A stretch of DNA of 64,000 nucleotides, taken from Octopus vulgaris (lineage: Eukaryota). The notes under the pieces are model-generated. The model did not search any database, was not told where the DNA came from, and saw only the letters and a program-made list of their open reading frames with translations. Of the stretch, positions 37,318 through 51,500 are shown piece after piece (position 1 is the stretch's first letter; each line of letters begins with the position of its first letter). The stretch is from assembly GCA_951406725.2 (NCBI GenBank), contig OX597814.1, positions 76,632,001-76,696,000 of the forward strand, read 5' to 3'. Position numbers and translations under genes: made by a program.

Positions 37318-37758
37318 TCAGTCAAGTCTGTTCTCACAGAAGGGGTCATGACTCTTGCCACAACACCTTTATAAATTGATCTAAGTTAAAACCTTCCAAT
37401 TTATGTTCATTTATATTCTAAACACCATCTTAATAATAACTTTACTAATGATTCTTAATAATGACTTTACTAAATTCTTCATTATTTTTTAAATTCGCTG
37501 AAACAAAGATAATGTATTTCAAAAAGAAATGATAGCATTAGAGTTAATTACTTCAATTTCTCTACATGAAAAATATCTACCAATCTTTCTTAATAATTAA
37601 GTGCAATCCCTTCTTACCTTTTGCTCCATATCATGCTTACACTGTCCCATGTTACAGTATGCACAGGATAGTTTTCATGGTCCTGTGTAATAAAAATTCT
37701 GTAACCTATCTGTAGCTGTTCTTTCAGGCACTTATATTTCTTAGAATTATGCAAAGTT

Positions 37759-37984
37759 TTAAGGCGGCGAGTTGGCAGAAACATTAGCACGCTGGGCAAA
37801 ATGCTTCGCGGTATTTCGTCTGCCATTATGTCCTGAGTTCAAATTCTGCCAAGGTCGAGTTTGCCTTTCATCCTTTCGGGGTCGATAAATTAAGTACCAG
37901 TTACACACTGGGGTTGATGTAATCCCTTTGTCTGTCCTTGTTTCTCCCCTTTATGTTTAGCCCCATGTGGGCAATAAAGAAATA
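37759..37984 (+). mobile_element. SINE family C with 16-bp target-site duplication
   Basis: AGAATTATGCAAAGTT at 37743..37758 and 37985..38000. Other copies at about 28830, 32960, 36115, 43050, 48497 and 56298. Confidence 0.88.
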
Positions 37985-38141
37985 AGAATTATGCAAAGTT
38001 AACATGACACAGCTCATATTTGATCGTATCATATCTCTTAGAATTATGCAAAGTTAACTTGATACTTGATTACAAAAGCATATTAATCCAGTTTTGCACT
38101 TTTTGGCCAATTTACCTTCTTTATATTTTATGATGTTATAG

Positions 38142-38277
38142 GAAATTGATGCTGATGACAAAAATGGCTGGACTGCTGTGCACCATGCATCCTTCCATGG
38201 CCACCTCGGTTGTGTACAGACACTGTATAAATGGCATGCAAAAACTGATGTCACAGATAAACAGGGAAACACACCAG
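38142..38277 (+). CDS. ANKRD42: ANKRD42-like, coding exon 5
   Basis: tatag|GAA...CCAG|gtgagt. EIDADDKNGWTAVHHASFHGHLGCVQTLYKWHAKTDVTDKQGNTP. Confidence 0.92.
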
Positions 38278-38355
38278 GTGAGTGTACTGCACAATATTGG
38301 CTTCTAACATAAACATAGATTTTTCAGAGGTATAGCACACACACACATACACACA

Positions 38356-38397
<42 letters not shown>

Positions 38398-39938
38398 CAC
38401 ACATGCGCACGTGATGTGATAACATAAGAGATAGAATGTATGTTGCTGTAATGTAACATTTATGCAGTTCCTATAGGTATAAATGTTTAACAGCTGTTGT
38501 TATTTAACAGCAGATCAACTGTGATCCAGTAATCCTATGATCAAAGGAATTCCACTTTTGACAATTCTTTTTTCTTCAAATATAAAATACTTGGAACTAC
38601 ATAATCTTATATATCCATTTTTTAAGGTTTGACAGATAGTAGATTTAGTTGCTATTTCTAGCAGGTGGAAAGAATGTTTAGAGGCTTCTTTCTTGGCTAG
38701 TGAGGATTCCTTTCTATTTATGTTGTGCAATGATATGACAGTAAATTCTTAGAGGACTGAATTAGAAAACTTACTTTTGAGCCCAACTCATTATCTGCTT
38801 CACTTATATGACTAATACACATATAAAACCATGAATAAATGCCACAACTTTCCAAGTTCCCTCTCTTGTAAGCACAAAGATTTTATGGATGTGCAAGCAA
38901 TCATTATAATTGTATGAATAGTAAAGTGGACATAGTACTATTTGCAGCAAGACAGGTTAGTTGTGACATGTCGCACTCACATATCTTTTTGTGTAAACTT
39001 TATTATGCAGTCTATTGGATGAGTACTGATCTACATTAAGAAAATGGAAGCTAAACCTGTTTCTGGATGGGATGCCAGTTTCTTCCTATGAGAGAAACTG
39101 AATGTAATACTGCAAATCACCCATCAGTTTTAAAGTGATTTTGCTACTATTGCTTACTGTAGGGAACTATACCATCTTTCAGAATCATTTTACAATAAAA
39201 TGAATCGAATCATTTAAGAATTAAGTATCTTAGCCAGAAGTAGAAAGCAATACCAATTACAAAATATGAACTTTTTATCTTTTGGATCACTAGCCACTGG
39301 CTCAGCAAATACTTGGCTATCATTACTTTTAGCTTTAATCAAATAATAAGAAAATTAACTTCAAATTGGAGCAAATTAAATCCAATCATTACTTCTACAA
39401 CAATAATAACAGCAATAGTTATTATAATTATCCACATCAATAACTGTTACACTATTTACAACCACAACAATAACTAAATAGAGGTTGTTAATCACTCAAC
39501 TAACATGTCTCACAATGGGATCAAACCCAGAACTATGTGGTTGCAAGGTGCACTTCACAACCATGCCTGCACTTGTTAGTTATACCATTTTGGATCATTA
39601 GTTTTGAATTCCTACATCAGGAGTTCCAGCCAGCCAAGTTTATTGAGCAAATGGCTACAAGTATATAGCTCAATGCTTTATACCCTTTCACAATTACTGC
39701 AATCTATCTGGTTAAAAACTTAGTCACTATTGGTTCAGCCAACAGCTAAAAGTTGTACCATGCACAAGTGCAGTACATGCCATTGTGTAATTATAAGTAT
39801 GTTAGCTTCTTGTTCAGAGATGAAGACCAATAAAACAGGAATAGACAACTGAGAGCCAGTACAGTGTATTCTCCCTAAGAGATCTAAAGATCAGCAAGTT
39901 GAATAGCTCTGTTATTTTTTTCTTTTATTTTGTTTTAG

Positions 39939-40139
39939 CACACCTAGCTGCTATGGAAGGAAACTTACTTTGCCTTAAGTTTCTTGTCTCTTGCAAGAGT
40001 GACCCTAATGATATATTAAAGGCTAGCAATGATCTTGGAGAAGTCCCAAAAGATTTGGCCAGTCAATTCTACAAAGAAAATGTTGTTAACTATATTGAAG
40101 CCATTGAATGGAAAAAAGAACATCCAGAAAAATCTGAAA
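39939..40139 (+). CDS. ANKRD42: ANKRD42-like, coding exon 6
   Basis: tttag|CA...GAAA|gtaagt. HLAAMEGNLLCLKFLVS..LKASNDLGEVPKDLASQFYK. Confidence 0.92.
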
Positions 40140-41721
40140 GTAAGTAGAGAGAATCTTATTAGATTACAAAAAAATCATTTACTTGATTATGAAAATGTAG
40201 TGATATAAACGTCATAGCTTTAGGTCAGAAAGCATTTTTGTGAATCAGCTTGCATGGTGTTTGCCTTTTGCTCTACAATTCATTAAAAGTTCACTACATT
40301 TAACCTCTTTCAAATCCAATGAAATATTTGTAAAACTAGGCCAGTAGAAGACGGCTTGAGAATGGGCTTTCTCTATTAAGACTGTTGATAATAATAATGT
40401 GGACATTCATAAAACATTCAATTATGTCTGGCTTGAGGACCTTCTAGCTAAATTCTACGTTTATAGCCATCTTGCAATTTTTAGTCTAAAGCTTCCTCTT
40501 AGACCACACTACTGCAGTGTGCACAAGTGCAATCATTAATGACATCTAATAATACATACTTCTGTCTAAGGCTTCTGTTGGTCAGGTTTGAATATGTACC
40601 TGTACTGGTATGCACAAGACTGAGAAAAGTTTATTTTATAAAAGACTTGCAATTTACTATACATGGTTCTGCTAATCTCACTGCTCTAGATTTGTATTTT
40701 TTTAATTTTTTATCAACCCCAAAAAGATGAAAGACAAAATTGACTAAAATGGAATTTGAACTCAGAGAATAGATAGACAGAATAAATACCATGGTGGCTT
40801 TTCTCCAATGTTCTAATAACTTTTCCAATTCATCACCATTGCAGCATATGTTATTGTATGTAAGAATTAACAAGAATTAACTTGCTATCACTTTCAACAA
40901 TACACACTCCTGTACAGGTGGTACTATTCTTCATTCTTCTTTAAACTTCTATATAAAGGAATCATTTCCCATATATTGTAACACCCTCATTCTAAACATA
41001 CACTAACTGTATGAGCTAAAACTTAGAGCTCATTTATGAATGGGGACATAACAATTCTATTTTTTGATAGTACAAAGACTCGATTGTTACAAATATCCAT
41101 GAAACAATTTTGTACTTCATCACTTTTTAGTCACAAATAACACACAATTAAAACTTCAAAATGGCTACAAAAGCAAGGAATTACAAATCCTGATGATCTT
41201 TGATGATAACGTGACATATACATATATAACATTGCTAAAGCCACATCACAAAATCTAGATTTCTTCTTGGAGTAAGGAAATACTTCAGTACTGATCTGTT
41301 GCTAAACATCTACAAAGAAACCCACTTGATTGGCAAAGGTTCACTCACTAACATGCTACAACCTGTAGCTCAGAGATACATAGTTTCTTCTCTCTGCCCC
41401 TACAATGTCCACTGTTCCTCTGAATTAACTAGTTGTACGCCCTCTCCTCCCAGACTCATTCACCTCACACATCTCTCTTCCTCCCATATTCTCATATCCT
41501 TCCATGTCTCATATTCCACATCTCCCATTAAACACTTTTCTATTCCCTTTTCTTTGAAACAGTTTCCTTCTGATAAACCTGCCATACTTGTGTTTTCTTA
41601 CACATACTGAACTACAGATGTTTAAACTGAACATTAGCTGCATGCATCTCACCAGTCTGAGAAGACATTCAGTAGTCATCAGCACTGCTCCTCTTTTGAT
41701 TAATTAGTATAACTAAAAAAA

Positions 41722-41975
41722 AAAGGAAAAAATTAGAAAAAAATGGAACAGAGGAACAGATAGAAATAAAACCTCTCCTGAATTTTTATAGATTTACTTT
41801 ATAGAATTGATTCATTTTTATGTTAAAAATGAATCAATTCTATAAAGTAAATCTATAAAAATTCAGGAGATGTTTTATAAATGAATCAATTCTATAAAGT
41901 AAATCTATAAAAATTCAGGAGAGGTTTTATTTCTATCTGTTTCTCTGTTACATTTTTTTCCAATTTTTTCCTTTT
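41722..41975. repeat. Inverted repeat (about 100-bp arms, 3-nt loop) with a 52-bp duplication in the right arm
   Basis: Loop TGT at 41821..41823. AAATGAATCAATTCTATAAAG starts at both 41827 and 41879. Confidence 0.9.
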
Positions 41976-42572
41976 TCTTTTATTTTTTAAGTTATACATG
42001 CTTAGCATATGACTTGACTGGGGATAGTATGTTGAAACTGAAAAACTAACATCATGAAAGAGTGTTAATAAATATTTAAAACACATAGTTCCACTGCAAG
42101 GCACCTTGGGCAAGTGTCTTCTACTGTAGCTTCAGGCTGACCAAAGCCTTGTAAGTGAATTTGATTGATGGAAACTGAAAGAAGCCCATCGTATATGTGT
42201 GTATATATGTATATATCTGTGTGTTTTTGTGTCTGTGTTTGTCCTCCCATCACTGCTTGACAACTGGTGCTGGTGTGTTTACATCCTCATAACTTAGCAG
42301 TTCAGCAAAAGAGACTGATAGAATAAGTACTATGCTTAAAAAATAAGTCCTGGGGTCAATTGTTCAACTAAAACCCTTCAAGGCTGTGCTCCAGCATGGC
42401 CGCAGTCAAATGACTGAAACAAGTAACAGAATAAAAGAATACTATCACATTAATTTTTGATCAATTTCATGGTGTTCTATAAAATAAATATATACAACTA
42501 CAATCTGGTCACTGACACAAGTAGTTTTTGAAAAGTGAATGCATTTATGATGCTGACATTTCCTTATTTCAG

Positions 42573-42698
42573 ATTTATCTTTCCCTGCTCATGTGGCTGC
42601 TTCTAGAGGCAATCTTGAACATTTGCAAATGTTGGTAGAAAATGGTATTGTGAGTATCAACGAGTGTGATAGCAATGGATCCACATTAGCTCATAAAG
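42573..42698 (+). CDS. ANKRD42: ANKRD42-like, coding exon 7
   Basis: ttcag|AT...AAAG|gtata. LSFPAHVAASRGNLEHLQMLVENGIVSINECDSNGSTLAHK. Confidence 0.92.
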
Positions 42699-43574
42699 GT
42701 ATAAAACTTTGACATTTAAATGAATATGTTGTTTTGTTGCATTGTTTTAGGCACTATATATTGAGTCATACAAAACTCCAACCCAGTTCAGTATCTTTTA
42801 GTTGAACAGCTGATTTTATTTAACTAAACACAAGAACTGGGATGTGATTGATTGAATAAACACAGTATGTTACTGGTACTTGTTTTGACAATCTAGAACA
42901 GACAAAGGGTAAGCTGACTATAGCAGGATTTGAGTTGGGAAGGGAGAGAGACACAATAATAGAAAAAAAATACATTTTACAGTGTTTAATAGCTTGGCAG
43001 TTCACTGTTTCTGCCAATTTTGATTAATAAAAAATTTATAAGGATTTCTGATTTGGGTACAAGGCCAGCAACTTTGAAGGAAAATATTTGTCATTTACAC
43101 CAATTCCAGTAACTGACTAGTACTTATTCTATTTACACAGAAAGGTTGAAAGGCAGAATTGACTTTGGCAGGATTTTAACTCAAAACATAAAGAACCAGA
43201 ACAAATACCACAAAGGTGTAATGATTCTAAAATTGGAAGATGTGTAAATTTAAGATCTATATTTGCATAAAAAATAGGAGTCAGTCAAATTGATTAGTAC
43301 AGCAATCTTTAAGGTTCTGCCTAGCATAAAATCCTTTCATGGATATAGTTTGGGTGACGGATTTAAACTAGATATACCATGTAAATAAATAATTCTTTTG
43401 ATGAGACACAAGATTAATTTTGTGGAATTTGTTTACAATCAGCTGATTCAAGGTATTTATTCTCTAAGCAATTCTATGTTTCTCTACCAACCAGTGTATA
43501 TTCTTGTACATTTACTTAGTGATTCTTCTGGCAGTTATGGTGAAATCTAATGCTCCACTGCTGAAATCACAATC

Positions 43575-43890
43575 ATCATCATCATTTAACGTCCGCTTTC
43601 CATGCTAGCATGGGTTGGACGATTTGACTGAGGTCTGGCGAACCAGATGGCTGCACCAGACTCCAATTTGATCTGGCAGAGTTTCTACAGCTGGATGCCT
43701 TTCCTAACGCCAACCACTCTGAGAGTGTAGTGGGTGCTTTTACATGCCACCAGCATGAGGGCAAGTCAGGCAGTACTGGCAATGACCTCGCTCAAATGGT
43801 GTTTTTTTTTATGTGCCACCTGCACAGGAGCTAGTCCAGCAGCACTGGCAATGACCTCACTCAAATGTTTTTCTCGTGCCACCACCACAA
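43575..43890 (-). mobile_element. 3' UTR and tail of the RTE-like family seen at 5800..7020
   Basis: (CAT)n then TTAACGTCCGCTTTCCATGCTAGCATGGGTTGGA. Similar tails at about 14085, 29690, 30380, 47437, 53218 and 56900. Confidence 0.8.
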
Positions 43891-44825
43891 GTGCCATGAC
43901 ACCAAAATATATGTTGTCTCCTGTACTTACTTAAATAAAATAAATAATATTGGTTATTGACTTATATAGTTTTTTCTTCTTCATTGCATAATTATTTCTT
44001 GTTAGCATTCTTGTGCTTCTAGCATTAACTTTGTTAACACTATCTATTAAGACAATCATTATATTGATATCAGTTCACTGATTATCAATCATCCTTACTC
44101 AATCTAATCAACTAATCATTTTCGTTTAATTAAATTAATCAACAGATATATCACAATTCAATTAATTTATATCTTCCCTCTTAATTGTTTTCTGTCCCTT
44201 GTCCCTTTCACTGATGACTCATTCTGGGTTCTCCTATCACCACCACTATCACTATATCTATTTACAGTAAAGCTTGAAACTACAATATGATTACAAACCA
44301 ACAAGAAAGCCTCTTCAAGATTGCTTGACTTGAAAGAAATAGAAGTCAAGTCTTCCTCATATTTCTGCTTACTGTTTTAAAAAGGGACACATTGTGACTT
44401 AGTGGTTTGGGTATTCATCTCACAATAATAAGGATGTGAGTTCAATTTCCAGCAGCATGTTGTGTCCTTGAGCATTTTATTTCACATTGCTCCAGCCCAT
44501 TCATTTGGCAAAAATGAGTTGTATCTGTAATTCAAAAGAGCCAGCCTTATCACATTCTGTGTCACGCTGAACCTACCTAGAAACTACGTTAAAAGGGTAC
44601 ACATGTTTGTGGAGTGCTCAGCCTCTTGCATATTAATTTCACAAGCAGGCTGTTTTGTTGATTATATTAACTGGGACACTTGTTGTAACCAATGGAGAGC
44701 CAGGCCAGATTATATAGATCAGGATACACTCAGTGAAAAAGACAAAAGGACAGTCATAGTTAGAATGCCATTGATCATAAATCAACTCAGTCATAGGATA
44801 CATACAATATCTTTCTTTCTTTCAG

Positions 44826-44978
44826 CTGCAGGCCAAGGTCAAACTCATATATTGCAGTGGTTAATTGAAATGGGTGCTACTGTATCTATAAGTAACCATG
44901 TTGGTGATTCACCAAAGGATTTAGCTGAGCGCTTTGCTCATCTAGCATGTATCAAACTGTTACAGGATGCTTCCCCAG
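44826..44978 (+). CDS. ANKRD42: ANKRD42-like, coding exon 8
   Basis: ttcag|CT...CCAG|gttggt. AGQGQTHILQWLIEMGA..GDSPKDLAERFAHLACIKLL. Confidence 0.92.
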
Positions 44979-45117
44979 GTTGGTAAAAAGCACTTCTTTA
45001 CACACAGCCCCCCCCCCACACACACACACACACTCTGAGTAATGTTTGAATGTTTTTGCATATAATTATGCATAAAACACAGACATTAACACATGTGAGT
45101 CTGTATCTATCTATCTA

Positions 45118-46388
45118 TCAGGCTGAGTAAAAAGTAAGCAACGTTTTGAAACATGAAATTCATCACAATATCTCTCAAGAATGAGGAAATTTTATTCATC
45201 AAAGTATGTACAGTTACAATCAACACATTTTTTGCCAATGAGTTACAAGCTTGTTTATTCCAGTATCATAAAAATCTGGAGTTCTGGAGCTGATGAACTC
45301 TTTGAATGCACTTTCAGCATCAGATTGATTTTTGAACTCCTTCTCTCGCAGGAAGCCATCAAGGTACTTGAAAAAGTGGTAGTTGGTAGCAGAAAGGTTT
45401 GGGAAATAAGATGTATAGGGAAGAACTTCATAGCCAAGTTCCCTCAATTTCTGGAGCATCATTAGTGAAATGTGTGGTCGAGCATTGTCATGAAGAATAA
45501 TTGGCCCTCTTCTGTTGACCAGCAGTTTTTCATTCATTTTGGCAAATTCATGGAAACATGTTTCTGCAGTAATGGTTTTTCTGGGTTTTAAGAAGTTGTA
45601 CTGGATGAGTCCAGTAGTACTCCACCAAACAGTCGCTATAAGCTTCCTTTTGAAGAGCTTGGATATAGGGAAGGTTTTGGTGCTTCATTTTTGGTCCATC
45701 CACTATGAAGAATATTTTTTATTATTGTACAAAATCCACTTTTCATCACAAGTTACAGTATGGTCAAGATATGGATCGGTCTAATTATAGAGAAGAAGTG
45801 ACGAGCAAATTTTCATATCTGCACATTTTCTGGTTTTCATTTAAATCATGTGGTACCCATTTGTCAAGTTTTTTTTCATTTTCTAATTGCATGCAAATGA
45901 TTGCAGGCAGTTTTCTGGCCAACTTGAAGTTTTTTTGCTAGTTCTCAAGTTGTTTCAAGTGGATCTTTCTCAACGATGGTCTTTAATTGATCATCATCGA
46001 TGACAGATGGGCGTCCACTATGCTCACGATCTTCAAAGTTCAGGTATCCACTGCAAAATCGTTTAAACCATTTTCAAGCTGATCACTCACTGGTCATTTC
46101 CTCACCAAACATTTTGTTGATATCACGAGCAGTTTCAGCTGCTTTATATCCTTTTTTGAAATTGAATAGCAAAATTGCCCAAATAAAATGCTTTGACACT
46201 TCCATTTCATACAACTATAACAAGGGCGAAAAAAATATCAACGTTAATTTATTGATGCATTTGGGTATCTGTCTTTTTTATCAGACAATTGCAAAAAACA
46301 AAATGCTTAAAGAAAATGTGAAACTCTGCAAAAATCCAGTACAAATTATTCATGGTTTGAAATGTTGTTTACCTTTTACTCAACCTGA
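45118..46388 (-). mobile_element. Full-length decayed mariner element (1271 bp)
   Basis: Imperfect TIRs TCAGGCTGAGTAAAAAGTAAGCAAC / GTTGTTTTACCTTTTACTCAACCTGA with TA on both sides. Transposase remnants ILHDNARPH and YFPNLSATNYHFF. It sits in a (TATC)n tract. Confidence 0.9.
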
Positions 46389-46536
<148 letters not shown>

Positions 46537-46599
46537 CATCCATCCATCCATTAGCTCCCACTCTCTCTCTCTCCCTATACATACATATATATATATATA

Positions 46600-47434
46600 T
46601 GGGTACAGGACATTACCAATGATGCAAATAACAGGAAATATGTTAACAAATGAGTTGAATATGTAAACGACGAGAAAAATAGAAAACAGGGCAAGTAAAC
46701 ACAGAGAAAGGGTCCTTCATCAGTTGTCAGCTGTCTATCTACTCCTTATTTTGAGCATTCAACGTCAATATGAGTCTCCAAAGACAGCTGCTGCCATAAA
46801 TTTTTTAATTAAATTTAGGATTTATGGAAGGTCAAAGATGGGAACAAAAGCATGACTGTGGAGATATACAAGGAAACCAAATGAAAACAAACATGGAGGA
46901 TCATTAGACCAGAACAGGAAGAAAATAGTGAATGCTGAGAGAAACATTTTCTTGAAAAGAGAAAAGACAGAAGAGAGAGAGAGAGAGAGAGAAAAACATG
47001 TCTCTTCTTTTGTGCAAGAAAAGAAAGATGGTCATGTGAGGAACAGAAAGATGGATGATAGACACGTGTGAGCAATGAGAGAGAGAAAAAGAGAAAGAGG
47101 ATAGAGAGAGAAAAGAGAAAGAGGGGGACAGAGAGAGAGAGAGAGACTGATAGAAAACGATGAAGGAGGGAGGGGGAGAAAAAGGGAATTAGAGAAGGAT
47201 GGAGGAAGAAAAGAGTATAGAGCAGAGAGTCACATCAAAAAGGTGAAGATAAACTTACTTGGAAATGGATGCACTGCGTTCAATTACATAACAAATAATA
47301 AATGATATAATGTATATATATATATATATATATAAAATAAAACTTACTTGGAAACGGATGCATGGCATTCAATCATATGATAATAAAAATAATATATATA
47401 TATGCATATATACATACATACTTGTACATACTTA

Positions 47435-47470
<36 letters not shown>

Positions 47471-48456
47471 TTAACATCTGTAACCCATGGTAGCATGGGT
47501 TGAACAGTTCGACCGGGGTCTGGGAAGCCAGGAGGCTGCACTAGGCTCCAGTCTGATCTGGCAGTGTTTCTACAGCTGGATGCCCTTCCTAATGCCAACC
47601 ACTCCATGAGTGTAGTGGGTGCTTTTTACGTGCCACCAGCACAGGTGCCAGGGGAGGCTGGAAACGGCCACAATCGGTTGGTGTTTGTGGCCATTGCCAG
47701 CCTCCCTGGCACCTGTGCTGGTGGCGCATACATGTATATTCATATGCATATATGAGTACAGGACATCAAAAAATGAAAACAACAAGAAATATGAAAACAT
47801 GGAAAATGAACATTTTTGCAAACAATGAAAGAAACAAATGGAAAAACAAGACAGGCAACATAAAGAACAAGCCCTTCATCAGTTGTCAGCTGTTTTATCT
47901 ACTCCACATTTCGAGTATTACGACAAGATGCGTCTTCGTCAAAACTGTTGCTCCTGCAAAGTAAATTAAATAAAACTTGGGATTTGCAGAGGGTTAAAGT
48001 TGGTAACAAAAATGGGACAGTGAAAACAAACAGTAAGGGCTGTTAAGCCATAATGAGGTGAAGTGGTGAACGCTGGAGAAACAAGCTTTGACAGGATACA
48101 GACAAGAATGCATCCTGTCCCGGTAGCTGAATGAGAGGAAAGAAATTCAAGTGAGGAAAAGAAAGATAGTTGCTGGTCATGTGTGAGCAGTGAGAGAGTC
48201 AAGGAGGAAGAGTGAGGGAGAGAAAGGGACAGATAGAGAATGGTGAAGGGGAGGAGAAGAATTAGAGAAAGGATGAGAGAAGAAAATAGGGAGATAAAAA
48301 GAATTAGAAAGCAGAAGAGAGAGGGAAATAGAAATAGTGATAGAATTAGTGTCGCATCAGAATTATTACGATAAAACTTACTGGGAAATGGATGCATGGT
48401 GTTCAATCATATAATAATATAAATAATATATGCATATATACATACATGTACATACT

Positions 48457-48497
<41 letters not shown>

Positions 48498-50280
48498 ATT
48501 TCTTTACTACCCACTAGGGGCTAAACACAGAGGGGACAAACAAGGACAGACATAAAGATTAAGTCGATTATATCGACCCCAGTGTGTAACTGGTACTTAT
48601 TTAATCGACCCCGAAAGGATGAAAGGCAAAGTCGACCTCGGTGGAATTTGAACTCAGAACGTAGCGACAGACGAAATACTGCTAAGCATTTCGCCCAGCG
48701 TGCTAACATTTCTGTCAGCTCGCCACCTTAATGTATATATATACGTATGCCTATATGCATACAGGACGTTAAAAAGCGTAAACAACATGAAAAACGAGAA
48801 CATGAAATTCAAAAACATGGAAGACGAATTTTGTTTGTGAACAACAAAAGAAACAAATGGAAAAACAAGACAGGCAACATAAAGAACAATCCCTTCATCA
48901 GTTGTCAGCCGTTTTATCTACTCCGCATTTCGAGCATTATGACAAGATGCATCTTCTTCAAAACAGTTGCTCCCACAAAGCAAATTAAATCAGATTTGAG
49001 ATTTCCATATTTTCGTATTTCATGTTCTCGTTTTCATTTTGCTTACAATTTTTTGACGTCCTGTACCCATATATGCATATGTATATACATATTTATGTAA
49101 GTATGTATATGTATGTATATAATTCATCCACCTGGATTACTGCTCACAGCTATGGTCACCCACCAGCATGAAATTAACAGCAGACCTTGAAGCAATCCAG
49201 AGAAGCTTCACAAAGAAGATCATCTCTTTGCAACAGCTCAGCTACTGGGAAAGGTTGAAACAGCTAAGACTCTACTCCCTGGAGAGAAGACGAGAGAGGT
49301 ATGCAGTAATATATATCTGGAAGATCCTGGAAGGAATTGTGCCAAATTTTGGCATTGAAAGCTACACCAATGCCAGAATGGGACGACACTGCATAGTGCC
49401 AAAGATCCCAGCAATCTCATTATGCTTCAGGACCAGTTACTGCAACAGCCTGGGTTTCAAGGGCCCACAGCTTTTTAATATTCTCCCAAAGAGTCTGAGG
49501 AACTTGCACAAAGTAGATGTAGGGGTTTTTAAATCAAAGCTGGACCTCTTCCTGTTGAGAGTCCTAGATGAACCTACCTCACGGCAAGAGGTGCAAATGA
49601 GGGTAGCTATATCAAACTCCTTCTTCACCAAGTGCCACATATTAGAGGAGGCTCTTAGTAATAACAGTGTAGCAAGACGGCGGTGCATCAGCATGGCCGC
49701 AGCTCTGAGCTGAAACTAGAGAGAAGAAAAAAAAATATATATATATATACATACATATATACATGCATTTATGGGTACAGGACATCACCAAAGGTACAAA
49801 TAACATGAAATATAGAAGCAAACAGTTAAATATGTAAACAACAAAAAAAAAGAAATGGAAACACAGAGAAAGGATCCTTCATCAGTTGTCAGTTATTTAT
49901 CTGCTCCACATTTCGAGCATTCAGTGACAATATGAGTCTTCAAAGACAGTTGCTTCCATAAATTCTAAAATAAAATTTAGGATTTATGTAGGGTCAATGC
50001 TGGGAACAAAATCATGACTGTGGAGACGTACAAGGAAACTGAACAAGAACAAATATGGAGGGTCATTAGACCAGAATGAGAGGAAAATAGTGAACGCTGG
50101 GAGAAACTTTTTTCAAAAAGAGAAAAGATAGAAGAGAGTGAAGATTGAATGTCCGTGCAGGAAAAGAGAGATGGTCACACTCATCTTTCTTTTCCTCATA
50201 TAGCCATCTTTCTTTTCCTGCATAGACGTTCAAAAGAACAGATGTGTTTTCCTCTTTCTCTTCTCTTTTCAAAAAAAATT
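46600..50280. repeat. Local cluster of four diverged copies of an unclassified repeat (about 46600..47300, 47745..48410, 48750..49085, 49770..50270)
   Basis: Shared GTACAGGACATC start and CCTTCATCAGTTGTCAG..CTACTCC..TTTCGAGCAT core. Copy 3 ends with an inverted copy of its own start. Confidence 0.7.
49130..49735 (+). mobile_element. 5'-truncated CR1-like LINE related to the 7052..11376 element
   Basis: ORF 49168..49713 (LEAIQRSFTKKI..SYWERLK.L.LYSLERRRERY..DEPTSRQEVQMR) parallels the ORF2 C-terminus, and the 3' stem-loop is the same. Confidence 0.9.
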
Positions 50281-51444
50281 TAAGTTATCAAATATATTGA
50301 GAGAAAGTTCTGTAATATATATGGATAAACTGTCTGATAATGTGTAAAGTTAATATAAGAAAATGGAGAAGAAATATAGTGGATGCTTAGTTAATTTTAT
50401 TTGTATAATAATGAGAAAAAGTTATACATATAAGATTAGAGATTTAAAGGAACAAAATCAACAAAAAAAATAAACACAAAAGAATCCTACATATGTTTCA
50501 ATCTGTCATTAGCTTCAACAGTGTCATTTGCTTGCAGCCCACTATAAAAAACATGTCCAAGTCTTCTGACATACCTTCACAGTAATTTTATTCAGCTGAA
50601 TACCTGTCATTGATTGGTTGAAATTATCGAAATACGAGAACTTTAAGGTGAAATATCTTCATAAATATAAGTTTTTCTCAAAAATGCTAAGAGTAAAACA
50701 TGTTTTATATGACACATTCTACCAGTGTTCAAAGTTTGCAAGTGTTTAGTTACAAAAAATTATTTTTTAAATCTGTATATATATATACAGTTTTTGCATG
50801 TGAATTTTATACAGATATTTACATATATTATGTATGTATGTGTAAATATATGTAGGTATATGTGTAAGATGTGATAACTGAAGTGCCCATTTATTCCTAT
50901 TTTATATTTTAATATATTTTTATGTATTTCTATATGTATAAATATTTGAACGTATTTATATTTATATATGCATTCAAAAATATATATAAATTTATCTATA
51001 ACTCTACCTATTTTTATTTTTACTTACGAATTTATACACCCTTATTACTTAAATTTTTTATAAACATATTTACCCCTATATCAATTTGATACTTAAATAC
51101 ACCGTTAATTACTATATAATGTTTATCTCTATATTTTTTAATGATTACCCAGAGTATATTATATTATATTTACTTCTCTAAATATACTTCCTTTCCTCCC
51201 TTTATGAGGGCTATACCAACTTTTTCTATAAAACAATATTCAGTTATTTCAAAATGCTCTGTACGGTTAACACATAAAAACATAAGAATGTAGTGGTATA
51301 TCTTTTTTCTACCTCCAACAGGATTCAACTTTATAATGGTTTAATTATTTTAATTAAAATTCTAAAGTCTGAATCAAGACAGCTGTCTATTTTTCAATTA
51401 ATAAATATAATTATTAATTGATTTATCTCTATTTTGTTATTTTT

Positions 51445-51479
<35 letters not shown>

Positions 51480-51500
51480 TCACACACACACATATACATA

